From assembly GCA_040218735.1 (NCBI GenBank), contig JAVJQW010000043.1, positions 96,001 through 160,000 on the forward strand: a DNA stretch of 64,000 nucleotides, in the 5' to 3' direction. Each line of letters opens with the position of its first letter. Position 1 is the first letter of the stretch. This document shows, one piece after another, positions 46,237-55,818 of this stretch. The translations under genes and the position numbers were made by a program. This stretch comes from Deltaproteobacteria bacterium. GTDB taxonomy: Bacteria > Myxococcota > Kuafuiibacteriia > Kuafuiibacteriales > Kuafuiibacteriaceae. The notes beneath the pieces were generated by a model, which saw nothing but the letters and a program-made list of their open reading frames with translations, was not told the origin of the DNA and did not search any database.

Positions 46237-47802
46237 ATGCCAGGAGCTGTGGTCGACGTCCTCCTCGTCAACCCCTACGTGCTCTCGCGCCACGAGCCGC
46301 GCAAGGCGTCGTACCGTCCGTATCCGCCGATCGGGCTGATGTACCTCGGCGCGGTGCTGCGCGAGCACGGGTACTCCGTCGAGATCTACGACGGCACCTT
46401 CGAGACGTCGCCGGATCAGATCCGCGCTCGGCTCCGGACCGGTCCGCGCCCGCGCGTCGCCGGCATCTTCGCGATGAACTCCTTCCGCGACGACGCCCTC
46501 GCGACGATCGAGCTGCTGAAGGAGCAGGGCGTTACGGTGCTCGCCGGCGGGCCGGACCCGTCGATCTACGACGAGGAGTACCTCGCCGCAGGCGCCGACG
46601 TCGTGGTGCGCGGGGAGGGCGAAGTCGCGATCCTCGAGATCCTCGACGCGCTCGACCTCCGGCCGGGCGGGAGCGACGACCGGCGCGCGGACGTCGAGCG
46701 CCTCGATCGGATCCTCGGTGTGTCGCGCCTCGACCGCGATGCGAAGCTCGTCCGTGTGGAGGACCGGCCGGCGTCCAAGACGATGGACGACCTGCCGATG
46801 CCCGCGTACGACCTCGTCGATCTGCCGCGCTACGTGAGCGAGTGGCGCCGCGTGCACGGGTACGCGTCGATTCAGTTCATGACCTCGCGCGGGTGCCCGT
46901 TCTCCTGCACGTGGTGCGCGCGGCCGATCTTCGGACGCAAGTATCGGCAGTACTCCCCCGAACGCGCCGTCGACGAGATCGAGCACCTCGTCAACACCTA
47001 CGGCGTCGACCACCTCTGGCTGTTCGACGACACCTTCGTCGTGCGGCGCGCGTGGGTCGAAGCGTTCTGCGACGCGATCGTCGAGCGCGGCGTGAAGATC
47101 CGCTGGGAGTGCCTCGCCCGCGTCGACCTCACCGACGAACCGCTCCTCGTGAAGATGAAGGCGGCGGGCGTGGAGCGCATCAACTTTGGCTTCGAGTCCG
47201 GCTCGCAACGTGTGCTCGACCGCATGAAGAAGGGCACGACCGTCGAGGACGCACGCCGCGTCGCCGACGCCATGCATCGCCTCGGCATCACCATGGGCGG
47301 CTACGTGCTGATGGGGTACCCGGGCGAGGAGTGGGGCGACATCGAGAAGACGATCGACCTCGTCACCAGCATCCAGCCCGTCGACTACTCCACCAGCGTC
47401 GCGCTGCCGATGCCCGGCACCGAATTCTTCACCCTCGTGCGCGACATGATGCTCGCCGACAACGACTGGGCGAAGGAGGACGCGGACGCCGTCATCTGGG
47501 ACTCGCCGTACTCGCGCGGCTTCTACCGCCTCGTCGAATCGCTGATGCACGCCGAGTACGACCTCGGCCTCGAGTTCTCCGTCCGCCGCTACGTGAAGTC
47601 GAAGGTGCTGCGCGGGATGCTCGGCGCGATGCGCGTCGCGACCACCAAGCGCGGTCGCCTCGACAGCTACCGCGGCGACCGTTTCCGCGGCTGGGAGGGG
47701 ATGCGCACCGCCGAGAAGTCCGCGCGTCACCGCGCCGGTCACCGGCGGCGCGCGGAGCGGGAGCGCGAGGAGCGCAAGGTCGCGCTGAAGGTCATCTCGT
47801 GA
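46237..47802 (+). CDS. B12-binding radical SAM protein
   Basis: YPPIGLMYLGA, GGP, VVRGEGE, TSRGCPFSCTWC (CxxxCxxC), FGFESGSQRVL, MGYPGE. Confidence 0.93.
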   Translation: MPGAVVDVLLVNPYVLSRHEPRKASYRPYPPIGLMYLGAVLREHGYSVEIYDGTFETSPDQIRARLRTGPRPRVAGIFAMNSFRDDALATIELLKEQGVTVLAGGPDPSIYDEEYLAAGADVVVRGEGEVAILEILDALDLRPGGSDDRRADVERLDRILGVSRLDRDAKLVRVEDRPASKTMDDLPMPAYDLVDLPRYVSEWRRVHGYASIQFMTSRGCPFSCTWCARPIFGRKYRQYSPERAVDEIEHLVNTYGVDHLWLFDDTFVVRRAWVEAFCDAIVERGVKIRWECLARVDLTDEPLLVKMKAAGVERINFGFESGSQRVLDRMKKGTTVEDARRVADAMHRLGITMGGYVLMGYPGEEWGDIEKTIDLVTSIQPVDYSTSVALPMPGTEFFTLVRDMMLADNDWAKEDADAVIWDSPYSRGFYRLVESLMHAEYDLGLEFSVRRYVKSKVLRGMLGAMRVATTKRGRLDSYRGDRFRGWEGMRTAEKSARHRAGHRRRAEREREERKVALKVIS

Positions 47803-48824
47803 AGGCGATCGTCGAGCGTGTAATCGAAGGCGTCGCGCGTGCGCGCGCACCGAAGGAGCCGCCGGTCCCCGCGGGCCCGATCGTCGACGGCCGCGACAAC
47901 CTGGAGCGACCGGCCTGTCCGCTGTGCGGCAACACCCGCGCGAAGCCGCTGGTCGTCGCGCGCGACACCTGGGTCGAGGGGCACGACACGTACTCCGTCG
48001 TGCGGTGCGAGGTCTGCGCGCACCGCTACACGACGCCGCGCTTCAAAGAGGCGTGTAAACACCTCGCCTTCGAGGGCGACTACCCGTTCTACACGCGGGC
48101 GCGCGAGGTCCGCGGCGGCCGGCGCGTGGATCGTGCCGAGGCGCGTCGGCCGTTCGAAGGCCGCGCGGATCGGCTGCGCGCGACGACGTCCCAGGCGGGG
48201 CGTGTCCTCGACATCGGCTGCGGCGACGGCTTCTTCCTCGACGCGATGCGCGTGCGCGGATGGTCGGTCGTCGGGACGGACGTCGAGGCGGACGTGGTGT
48301 GGCACGCCAACGAGGTGCTCGACATCGAAGCCTCCGTCTGCGACCTCGAGCGCGACCCGCTCCCGGAGGGACCGTTCGAGGCGGTCACGATGTGGGGGGT
48401 CCTGCAGCTGCTCTACCGTCCGCAGCGCGCGCTGGAGCAGGTGCGACAGCTCCTCACGGACGACGGGATCCTCGCGATCGGCGTGTCGAACATCGACAGC
48501 ACGGGCGCGCGGCTGTTCGGGCCCCGCTGGCGGGGCCTCGGGGTCCCTCGGCACCTGTCCCACTTCACGCCCAACACCCTGGAGCGCCTGCTGGCGTGGT
48601 CGGGGTTCGAGGTCGTGCACGTGCACCACGAGACGCCGCGCTGGATCGTCGCGCATTCGGCGGATGACGCGCTCGTGGGGCCTGCGTCGCGCCTCGCGAA
48701 GGCGGCGTTGGTCCCGGCGCTCGGTGTGGCCGGGCGCACGCGCTACGGGGACACGATGGAGGTGTACGCCCGTCGTATTTCCCAGTCGGGTTCGCACGCC
48801 GCTACAATGAACGCGACGCCGTGA
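47799..48824 (+). CDS. Class I SAM-dependent methyltransferase with N-terminal Zn ribbon
   Basis: GTG start overlapping the upstream stop; CPLCG..VRCEVC; VLDIGCGDG; PRHLSHF. Confidence 0.88.
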   Translation: MKAIVERVIEGVARARAPKEPPVPAGPIVDGRDNLERPACPLCGNTRAKPLVVARDTWVEGHDTYSVVRCEVCAHRYTTPRFKEACKHLAFEGDYPFYTRAREVRGGRRVDRAEARRPFEGRADRLRATTSQAGRVLDIGCGDGFFLDAMRVRGWSVVGTDVEADVVWHANEVLDIEASVCDLERDPLPEGPFEAVTMWGVLQLLYRPQRALEQVRQLLTDDGILAIGVSNIDSTGARLFGPRWRGLGVPRHLSHFTPNTLERLLAWSGFEVVHVHHETPRWIVAHSADDALVGPASRLAKAALVPALGVAGRTRYGDTMEVYARRISQSGSHAATMNATP

Positions 48825-50038
48825 ATCTCATCGCGCTCGCCATCCCGGCCTTCTTCCTGTTCATCGCCATCGAGCTGGTGGCGGCGAAGGTGATGAAGCG
48901 CGACGTCTACCGGTTCAGCGATTCGATCGCGGACCTGTCGTGTGGTGTCACGCAGCAGGTCGTGACGGTGTTCCTCGCGCTCGTCACGGTCGCCGGCTAC
49001 AAGACGCTTCAGTCGAGTTTCGGCTACTTCGAGATCCCGACCGACGCGTGGTGGGCGTGGCTGTTGTGTTTCCTCGGCGTGGACCTCTGCTACTACTGGT
49101 TCCATCGCCTCAGCCACGAGATCGCGTTTCTGTGGGGCGCGCACGTGGTGCACCACCAGAGCGAGGAGTACAACCTGACTGTCGCGCTACGGCAGTCGGC
49201 GTTCCAGCCAGGCTTTTCGTGGCTGTTCTATCTGCCGCTCGCGTTGCTCGGCTTCCCGCCGCTGATGTTCTTCACGGTGGCGGCGCTCAACACGCTCTAT
49301 CAGTTCTGGATCCACACGCGACTCATCGGGCGCATGGGTCCGCTGGAGTGGATCATCAACACGCCGTCGCACCACCGCGTGCACCACGGGCGCAACGCGC
49401 AGTACATCGACCGCAACCACGCCGGCTCGCTGATCATCTGGGACAAGCTGTTCGGGACGTTCGAGCCGGAGGGTGAAGAGGTCATCTACGGCGTGAACGA
49501 CGCGATCGATAGCTACAGCCCCATCTGGGCGAACTTCCACTACTACGTGCACACCTGGCGCCGCGCGCGTGCGTTCCCGCGGGTGTGGGATCGCGTGAAG
49601 GTCTGGTTCATGTTGCCGGGCTGGACGCCCGAGGGTGTCGCGAAGGCCGAGGGCCGCGCGCTCACCGAGCCGAAGTACGACCCGCCCGCGGAGCGCCGGA
49701 CGATTGGCTACGTGCTCGGGCAGTTCGCGTTGTTGGTGGGGCTCACGGTCGGCTACTTGTTCTTGCGCCCTTCCGAGGTCGGCTGGGCGCCGAAGATCCT
49801 GCTCGGCGTCTTCATCGTCTTGTCGGTCACGACGTTCGCGGGCCTCCTCGAGTCGCGCCGCTGGGCGCGCACCGTGGAGCTGCTGCGCCCGACCGTGCTG
49901 GTGATCGGCGCCGTGGTGTTCGTCCCCGACGCGTACGTCGCGGTGGAGTACGCCGTGCCCGCCGTGCTGTACGTGGTGCTGAGCGCGGTGGTGTTGCTGA
50001 CCCGCCGCGGTGAAGCCGCGGCGACCGTACGGGCTTAG
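48821..50038 (+). CDS. Sterol desaturase / fatty acid hydroxylase family (alkylglycerol monooxygenase-like)
   Basis: His boxes YYWFHRLSH, HVVHHQ, WIHT, HHRVHH; WDKLFGTF. Confidence 0.92.
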   Translation: MNLIALAIPAFFLFIAIELVAAKVMKRDVYRFSDSIADLSCGVTQQVVTVFLALVTVAGYKTLQSSFGYFEIPTDAWWAWLLCFLGVDLCYYWFHRLSHEIAFLWGAHVVHHQSEEYNLTVALRQSAFQPGFSWLFYLPLALLGFPPLMFFTVAALNTLYQFWIHTRLIGRMGPLEWIINTPSHHRVHHGRNAQYIDRNHAGSLIIWDKLFGTFEPEGEEVIYGVNDAIDSYSPIWANFHYYVHTWRRARAFPRVWDRVKVWFMLPGWTPEGVAKAEGRALTEPKYDPPAERRTIGYVLGQFALLVGLTVGYLFLRPSEVGWAPKILLGVFIVLSVTTFAGLLESRRWARTVELLRPTVLVIGAVVFVPDAYVAVEYAVPAVLYVVLSAVVLLTRRGEAAATVRA

Positions 50039-51203
50039 GAACAATGCCGTTCACTTGGCAGACGGACATGCCTCGAGCTCCCAGCAGGCGGCGAGGGGAC
50101 GCCTCGAGGTAGGGCAGCGCGCCGGCGCCGCGGAGCGACTCGTCCCTCGTGCGCCGTTTCGCCGGGCTGGTGAAGGCGGGGTCCGCGGAGCGCAGTGCTC
50201 CGAAGGAGGGCCGCGCTCTCGAACACCGGCTGGTATCGCTCTCACGAACTGCCCTCCGCGCGTGACGGCGGCGTCGGATGCGTTTCACGCCGAGGACGCT
50301 CGGGACACGCGCCTTGCCTAGGCGGGTAGAGCGGCGCTCGTGAATCCTGCGAGCGATGAAGGCGCGACCCAACACCTCCCGCGCCGCGTGAAGGTTGTGC
50401 GCGCGACATAGCAATCGCAGCTCGCCGACTACGCTCTTGGCGCCTAGCGCCCGCCCGCCGACATGATCGAATTCGAGGTTCGACCGTTCGCTGCATCGCC
50501 GACCGTCCGAGCTCACGTACGTGCACTGCGCGCCGTCGCGCTCCACCACCGCGCGCCGCGTCGCCGCCGAGACGTACGCTGCGCCCGCGGGCGCATCCTC
50601 GGCGGGTCTCGATCGCGGACGACTCGTCTTTCCGTTCTTTCTCCGCTCCAGCTTCTCAACGTAGAGCGCGAGCGCCGCTTCGAAGATCTCCCCGATGTCC
50701 GTCCCGGGCGGGGTGAGCTCCTTCGCGCGATCCAAGAGCGCCTTCGCTTTGGCGCTCCCGTCGAAGTGAAATGCGAACGTGCCCGGCGTCGCGGCCTCGA
50801 CGCGGTCTTCGGAGCTCTTCGCGCCCGGGAACTCGGTGGCGATCAGCATCTCGATCTCCGCCTTGGACTTGTTCCGCGCTTGCTCGACGACGCTGTGGGC
50901 GTTGTCGTCGTTCATGAACTTCGAGAGCTTGGCAACGCCGGTCATGTGCAGCTCCCCGGACGCGAGCAGCGGGAACACCTCGGGCACCCGATGCGCCGCG
51001 CGCACCACGGCGACGCGCCGGCACGCCTGGTCCTCGGTCAGCCCGAGCCCCTCCACGCAGAACCGAAACAGCGAGCTGAAGCCGCGCTCGACGTACAGCT
51101 TGCGCCGCTCGATCTCCGCCATGAACCGAAGCGCCTGGACACCGCTCTCTCGCTCCGTTCGCAGCGCATCGCGAAGTCCGCTCAAGAGATCGTTCTGGTT
51201 CAT
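49827..51203 (-). CDS. DUF222-like + HNH endonuclease (myxobacterial multi-copy type)
   Basis: AEIERRKLY..GFSSLFRFC..LGL.E..A.RR; ATRRAVVERDGAQCTYV..DGRRC....LEFDH...LRLLCRAHN. The 3' end of the ORF is probably a non-conserved extension. Confidence 0.82.
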   Translation of the reverse strand: MNQNDLLSGLRDALRTERESGVQALRFMAEIERRKLYVERGFSSLFRFCVEGLGLTEDQACRRVAVVRAAHRVPEVFPLLASGELHMTGVAKLSKFMNDDNAHSVVEQARNKSKAEIEMLIATEFPGAKSSEDRVEAATPGTFAFHFDGSAKAKALLDRAKELTPPGTDIGEIFEAALALYVEKLERRKNGKTSRPRSRPAEDAPAGAAYVSAATRRAVVERDGAQCTYVSSDGRRCSERSNLEFDHVGGRALGAKSVVGELRLLCRAHNLHAAREVLGRAFIARRIHERRSTRLGKARVPSVLGVKRIRRRRHARRAVRESDTSRCSRARPSFGALRSADPAFTSPAKRRTRDESLRGAGALPYLEASPRRLLGARGMSVCQVNGIVPKPVRSPRLHRGGSATPPRSAPRTARRARRTPPRRTRRGRTPRRRSPARSGAAAPRCAPSGATRGGPRTS

Positions 51204-51527
51204 GCAAGACAGGTTGCAAGCGCTGGACCCCATACATCGAAGATATCATCGACCCCTTCAGACGCGATTCGCCGTGCCCCGAGGATGACAGTCCGAGATC
51301 CGCGTAGACGCATCGCTCGGACCGTCAGCGCCCAAAGTCGACTCGAAGGTCAAAAAAGGTCGAAACGCACTGCGTTCGTCGACCAGAGGGCCCGGACAGG
51401 GCCTCGAAATCCGTCAACCCCCGAGAAAGAAAAAGAACGACCGCAAGTCAACTTGCGCGCCCCATCTGGCCATTTCCCCGTACCCAGCCGGCGAACCTCA
51501 CACGTGCATCGTAGCCCCGACCGGCGC

Positions 51528-52740
51528 CGGCGCACGGAACCGCCGCACCGAACGGCCGCACCGAACCTCCGCACCGAACCGCCCCACCGAACGGGCGCAC
51601 CGAACCGCCGCACCGAACCTCTGCACGGAACCGGCGCACCGAACCGCCAAACCGGAACAGCGCAGCGAACCGCCGCACCGAACGTCCGCATCGAACCTCC
51701 GCATCGAACCTCCGCACCGCACCGCCGCACCGAACCGGCGCATCGAATCTTGGCATCGAACCGGCACGCGCAGGCGGCGCACGGAACCGGCGCTTCGAAC
51801 CGCGACACCGAACGGGCGCACCAAAGCGGCGCACGGAACCTCCGCACCGAACCTCCGCACCGAAGCGGCGCGCCAACCGGCGCACTGAACCTCCGAACTG
51901 AAGCGGCGCACGGAAGCGGCGCACCGAACCGAACCGGAACGCGCAGGCGGCGCACGGAACCGGCGCTTCGAACCACGAAATCGAACGGGCGCACCAAAGC
52001 GGCGCACGGAACCTCCGCATCGAACCGCCGCGCCGAAACGCCGCGCCAAACCGCCGCATCGAAGCGCGCACACCGGCGCACGGAACCTCCGAACGGAAGC
52101 GGCGCACGGAAGCGGCGCACCGAACCGAACCGGCACGCGCTGGCGGCGCACGGAACCGGCGCACCGAACCGCGGCATCGAACGGGCGCACGGAAGCGGCG
52201 CACGGAGCGGCGCGCGGAACCTCCGCATCGAACCGCCGCATCGAACCGCCGCATCGAACCTCCGCACCGAAACTCCGCACCGAAGCGGCGCGCCAAACCG
52301 GCGCGCCAAACCGGCGCACTGAACCTCCGAACGGAAGCGGCGCACGGAATCGGCGCACCGGACCGAACCGGAACGCGCAGGCGGCGCACGGAACCGGCGC
52401 TTCGAACAACGACATCGAACGGGCGCACCAAAGCGGCGCACGGAACCTCCGCATCGAACCTCCGCACCGCACCGCCGCACCGAACCGGCGCATCGAAATT
52501 CGGCATCGAACCGGCACGCGCAGGCGGCGCACGGAACCGGCGCTTCGAACCGCGACATCGAACGGGCGCACCAAAGCGGCGCACGGAAGCGGCGCGCGGA
52601 ACCTCCGCACCGAACCTCCGCGCCGAACCGCCGCACCGAATGGGCGCACCAAAGCGGCGCACGGAACCTCCGCATCGAACCGGCGCACGGAAGCGTCGCT
52701 CGGAAGCGTCGAACCGTCTCCCCAAACCGTCTCACCGAAC
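51528..52740. repeat. Degenerate 13-bp tandem satellite (consensus near GAACCKSCGCACS), about 90 units
   Basis: GAAC recurs at 51537, 51550, 51563, 51576 and onward; 13-aa periodicity in all translated frames; T-poor plus strand. Confidence 0.95.
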
Positions 52741-53156
52741 CAGCGCGGCATCGAGCGACCCTCCTTGCACGAAGCGAGAACCTTCGAGCCCCGTGAGCGA
52801 CGAAGGGATGGCCGCGGCGCGCGGGCCTCCGCGGGATCCAATCTGGCGTCTCCAATGACGGCGAGGCTCCGGCCGTCCCTCGCCAACAGAAGGCCGGACC
52901 GCACCTCCGACTTCGGCCGGAAGCCTTCTGTGACTCGTTTCGCAATCTTCCCCCAGGAGCGTTCGATGCAGTCCCGGTTCGCTTCGATATTCGGGCGTAT
53001 CTCATCAGCGAGCGGGGCAGTGCGGCCGTCGCGAATCGGGAGGGCGCCTGTGCGTCCCGATTGCCAACCGCCCCAACGCTCTCCGCTACGCGCACGGCGA
53101 ACGGGCGAAGGCAGGGCCCGCCAGGTGGACCAAGTCACCCCGAGCCGATCACGGCA

Positions 53157-53813
53157 TTACGCAGACAGACGCGCCGGCAACGAAGCCGGGGTGTTGGCGC
53201 GCGCGCCGTCGCGCTCCAGCAGCACGTTCGACCCTGCGCCGCAGCCGATCACCGAGCGCATGGTGTCTTCGACCGACGCATCGATCTCCTCCACGCGATC
53301 GGGCGGGAGGTGGAAGATGTTTCCCGAGGTCGGGTTGGGGCCGGTCGGGACGAAGACCGAGTACCAGCCGTTGCGGTGGCGGTCGGTGACAAACGCGGTC
53401 ATGAGCGCGTCGCCGTAGGGGCGGACCAGCGCGACGGAGGTGAACGGTGACTTCTCGCGCCCGATGAGCTGCACGATCGTCTCCTTCACGAGCCGGTAGC
53501 CGGGGATGCCGTGCAGGATCTTCATCTCCAGGGTTTCGTGCAGGAACCGACCGAGCTGCGTTCGGACGATCACCCCGGTCAGGAAACACGCGGCGACCAT
53601 GACCGCGAGCACGACGATGATCGCGACGTACTCACGGAGCTCGGTCCGCGCGACGAGGACGTTCGTGAAGGGGCGGACGATGGTGCGTAGCAGATCGAAG
53701 ACCCACGCGCCGACCGCGAGGAGGACGCCGATCGGGAGCAGGACGCCGACGCCGCCGAGGAGAGAGGTGCTGAGGAACGAGCGTGCGCGACTCACTCGAT
53801 CAACGGTGGTCAC
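53157..53813 (-). CDS. DUF502 membrane protein
   Basis: GGVGVLLPI, two TMs, IPGYRLVKE, VFVPTGPNPTSG. Confidence 0.88.
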   Translation of the reverse strand: MTTVDRVSRARSFLSTSLLGGVGVLLPIGVLLAVGAWVFDLLRTIVRPFTNVLVARTELREYVAIIVVLAVMVAACFLTGVIVRTQLGRFLHETLEMKILHGIPGYRLVKETIVQLIGREKSPFTSVALVRPYGDALMTAFVTDRHRNGWYSVFVPTGPNPTSGNIFHLPPDRVEEIDASVEDTMRSVIGCGAGSNVLLERDGARANTPASLPARLSA

Positions 53814-53864
53814 CGATTCTCGGGCGTCACCCCCCGCGTTCGATCTCACGCCCAACGCAGGGCG

Positions 53865-55688
53865 TCACGGCGTGACGTTCAGCGTGACGTCGTTCGCGAC
53901 CGACGCCGAGAGGACCACGCCGTCGACGGTGACCTCGACGGCGTCGTTGGCGCGGCGCGCCGAGAAGGCGGGCGCGTCGTCGAGCGTGAGCGCGGTAACG
54001 AGGAGCCCGCGGTCGATCGTCTGGCGGAGGACGACCGTGTCGCGCGGGATCGCGACGCGGTTCGTCGGGTAGGTGAAGCCGAGGAGCGAGGGGTCTTCGC
54101 GTCCGCGTGCGACGGTGAGGGAACCAGACGTTGCACTGCCGTCGCGGATCGTCACGCGCACGCCGTCCGCTGCTGCGACGAGCGCGTCGCCGGCGTCGCG
54201 GGTGCTGAGCGAGGCACCGAGGTGAAGGTACCGCGTGAACGTTCGCGGCGCGTTCGCGGCGACGTCGTCGACGATCACCAGCGCTTCGTTCGGGCGGTAG
54301 AACCAGAAGCGTCGGTGCGTGACGCCCTGCGCGAGCAGCAGCGGGTTGTCGGCGACCAGGACGTACCACCCCGCCGCCTCGGCGCCGCCCACGAGGCCGC
54401 TGCCGTAGGCGTCTTCGTCGGTCGCGCCGAACTCCGAGTCGTCGACGGTCAGCACGCTGTGGGCGCGCGTCGACAACGCGTAGTCGCGTCCCGGCTCGCC
54501 GGGGTAGTAACCGTAGCGGCCTGTGTCGCTGATGATGCGGACGCCGCGCTCGAACCACGCGAAGGTCCCGTCGTCGCGTTGTTTGTGGACGCGCGAGTGG
54601 AACTGCGCGGTGACCGCGAGGAGCGAGTCGCCGTCGCGCGCTACGCCGTAGCCGGTCCGCTCGAACGTCGCGAGGCCGTTCGGGGGCGGTGCGTCGAGGA
54701 CGACGTCCGGTTGTGGCGCGATCCGGTGGGAGTCACCGAACTGGACGAGGTCGCCGTCCGTCCCGACGAGCCACATCCCGGCGTCCCGTCCGCGTTCGAA
54801 CAGCTCTTGGAGCTCGGGGGCGAAGCGGCGCGCGCGTTCGAGATCGCGAAGGACGAGGAAGTGGTACCAAGGCGTGTGCTCGCGGAGGAGCGCCTCCTCA
54901 CCCAGCAGCACGAACGCGAGCGGTGTGATGCGTTCGGCGGCGGTGCTTCGGTACGTCGCGGCGCGCGGCAGCATCGGGAGCTGGAGCGCGAGGAGGCCCA
55001 AGCCGACGTCGTGGGTCGCGGCGAGGTTCGTGAGCGCGTAGCGCGCGGTGCCCTCCTCGAGGAAGTCGCCGTGGAAGACCATACCCTCCCAGAGCACCGC
55101 GGCGTCTTCGGGGGTGAGGACGCCGTCCATGACCCCGGCGCGGAAGATGTACGCGAGGTAGGCCGCGCGGAACGAGACGGCGGAGCCGTTCCAGGCGAAC
55201 TCACTCTGGCCTTCGAAGGGGGTTCGGTAGGTCTCGATCCAGTCGACGGCCAGCGCGATCGCGAGCGGGAGGCCATCTGGGTTCTTTCCCGTCGCGTGTC
55301 CGACGAGCAGCGGCGCGAGGCCCCACCACGCCTGGAGGCCGAGGCGGTAGACGCGATCGTTGAACGGATCTTGCTCCCAGTCGAAGGGGAGGGTGAGCTC
55401 GATCGGGAGCCCGAGCAGGACGGCGGTGCCGGCGACGGCGTCGTCGATCTCTTGGTCCGTGTACGTGAGGCTCGGGACGAAGAGCGGCTCGGGGGCGCCG
55501 AGGGCGCGGATGTCGGCGAACGCGTCGTCCCCGGAGAAGTCCGGGATGGGGAGCGTCGGGCCGGGCGGCGGCTCGAAGGTCGGCGGCGTGGGGCCGGGCG
55601 GCGGCTCGGACACGGGGTTCGGCGCCGGCTCGGGCGCACGACACGCCACGAGCAGCATCGACAACACCCAGCCGGTCGATCCGCGCAC
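53865..55688 (-). CDS. Heparinase II/III-family lipoprotein
   Basis: Lipobox LLVAC; EHTPWYH, QFGDS, HKQRDDG, DTGRYGY, STRAHSVLTVD. Start uncertain. Confidence 0.8.
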   Translation of the reverse strand: MRGSTGWVLSMLLVACRAPEPAPNPVSEPPPGPTPPTFEPPPGPTLPIPDFSGDDAFADIRALGAPEPLFVPSLTYTDQEIDDAVAGTAVLLGLPIELTLPFDWEQDPFNDRVYRLGLQAWWGLAPLLVGHATGKNPDGLPLAIALAVDWIETYRTPFEGQSEFAWNGSAVSFRAAYLAYIFRAGVMDGVLTPEDAAVLWEGMVFHGDFLEEGTARYALTNLAATHDVGLGLLALQLPMLPRAATYRSTAAERITPLAFVLLGEEALLREHTPWYHFLVLRDLERARRFAPELQELFERGRDAGMWLVGTDGDLVQFGDSHRIAPQPDVVLDAPPPNGLATFERTGYGVARDGDSLLAVTAQFHSRVHKQRDDGTFAWFERGVRIISDTGRYGYYPGEPGRDYALSTRAHSVLTVDDSEFGATDEDAYGSGLVGGAEAAGWYVLVADNPLLLAQGVTHRRFWFYRPNEALVIVDDVAANAPRTFTRYLHLGASLSTRDAGDALVAAADGVRVTIRDGSATSGSLTVARGREDPSLLGFTYPTNRVAIPRDTVVLRQTIDRGLLVTALTLDDAPAFSARRANDAVEVTVDGVVLSASVANDVTLNVTP

Positions 55689-55818
55689 GCCTCCAAGACG
55701 ATGACGGCTCGGCGCGGTCTTTGTCACGGTCCTGCGGCGCATCCGGCCCCTCGGGGAGGCGAAACCAACGATGAGGAAAAAGAGTTCCCACGGATTTGGT
55801 CGGTGGGGTCACACCGGC

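Noticed and set aside
45642-47798. 1060-aa ORF 45642..48824 as a single fusion protein
   Set aside because: Only the part from GTG 47799 is a methyltransferase; the upstream part is an off-frame shadow of the EBP and radical SAM genes.
51528-52740. Satellite as a CRISPR or TIGR-type guide array
   Set aside because: No constant 23-47-nt repeat with unique spacers, no 36-nt dual-repeat unit, and no cas or Nop-domain gene in the window.
52800-53030. Possible degraded coding fragment right of the satellite (EIRPNIEANRDCIERSWG..., minus strand)
   Set aside because: No recognisable family, start or RBS; left uncalled.
50463-53138. Long ORFs across the satellite (50463..52322 +; 51350..53095, 51448..52725 and 51498..53138 -)
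   Set aside because: The repeat is T-poor on plus and A-poor on minus, so stops are rare. Several frames are open at once and the 13-nt unit is not codon-phased.
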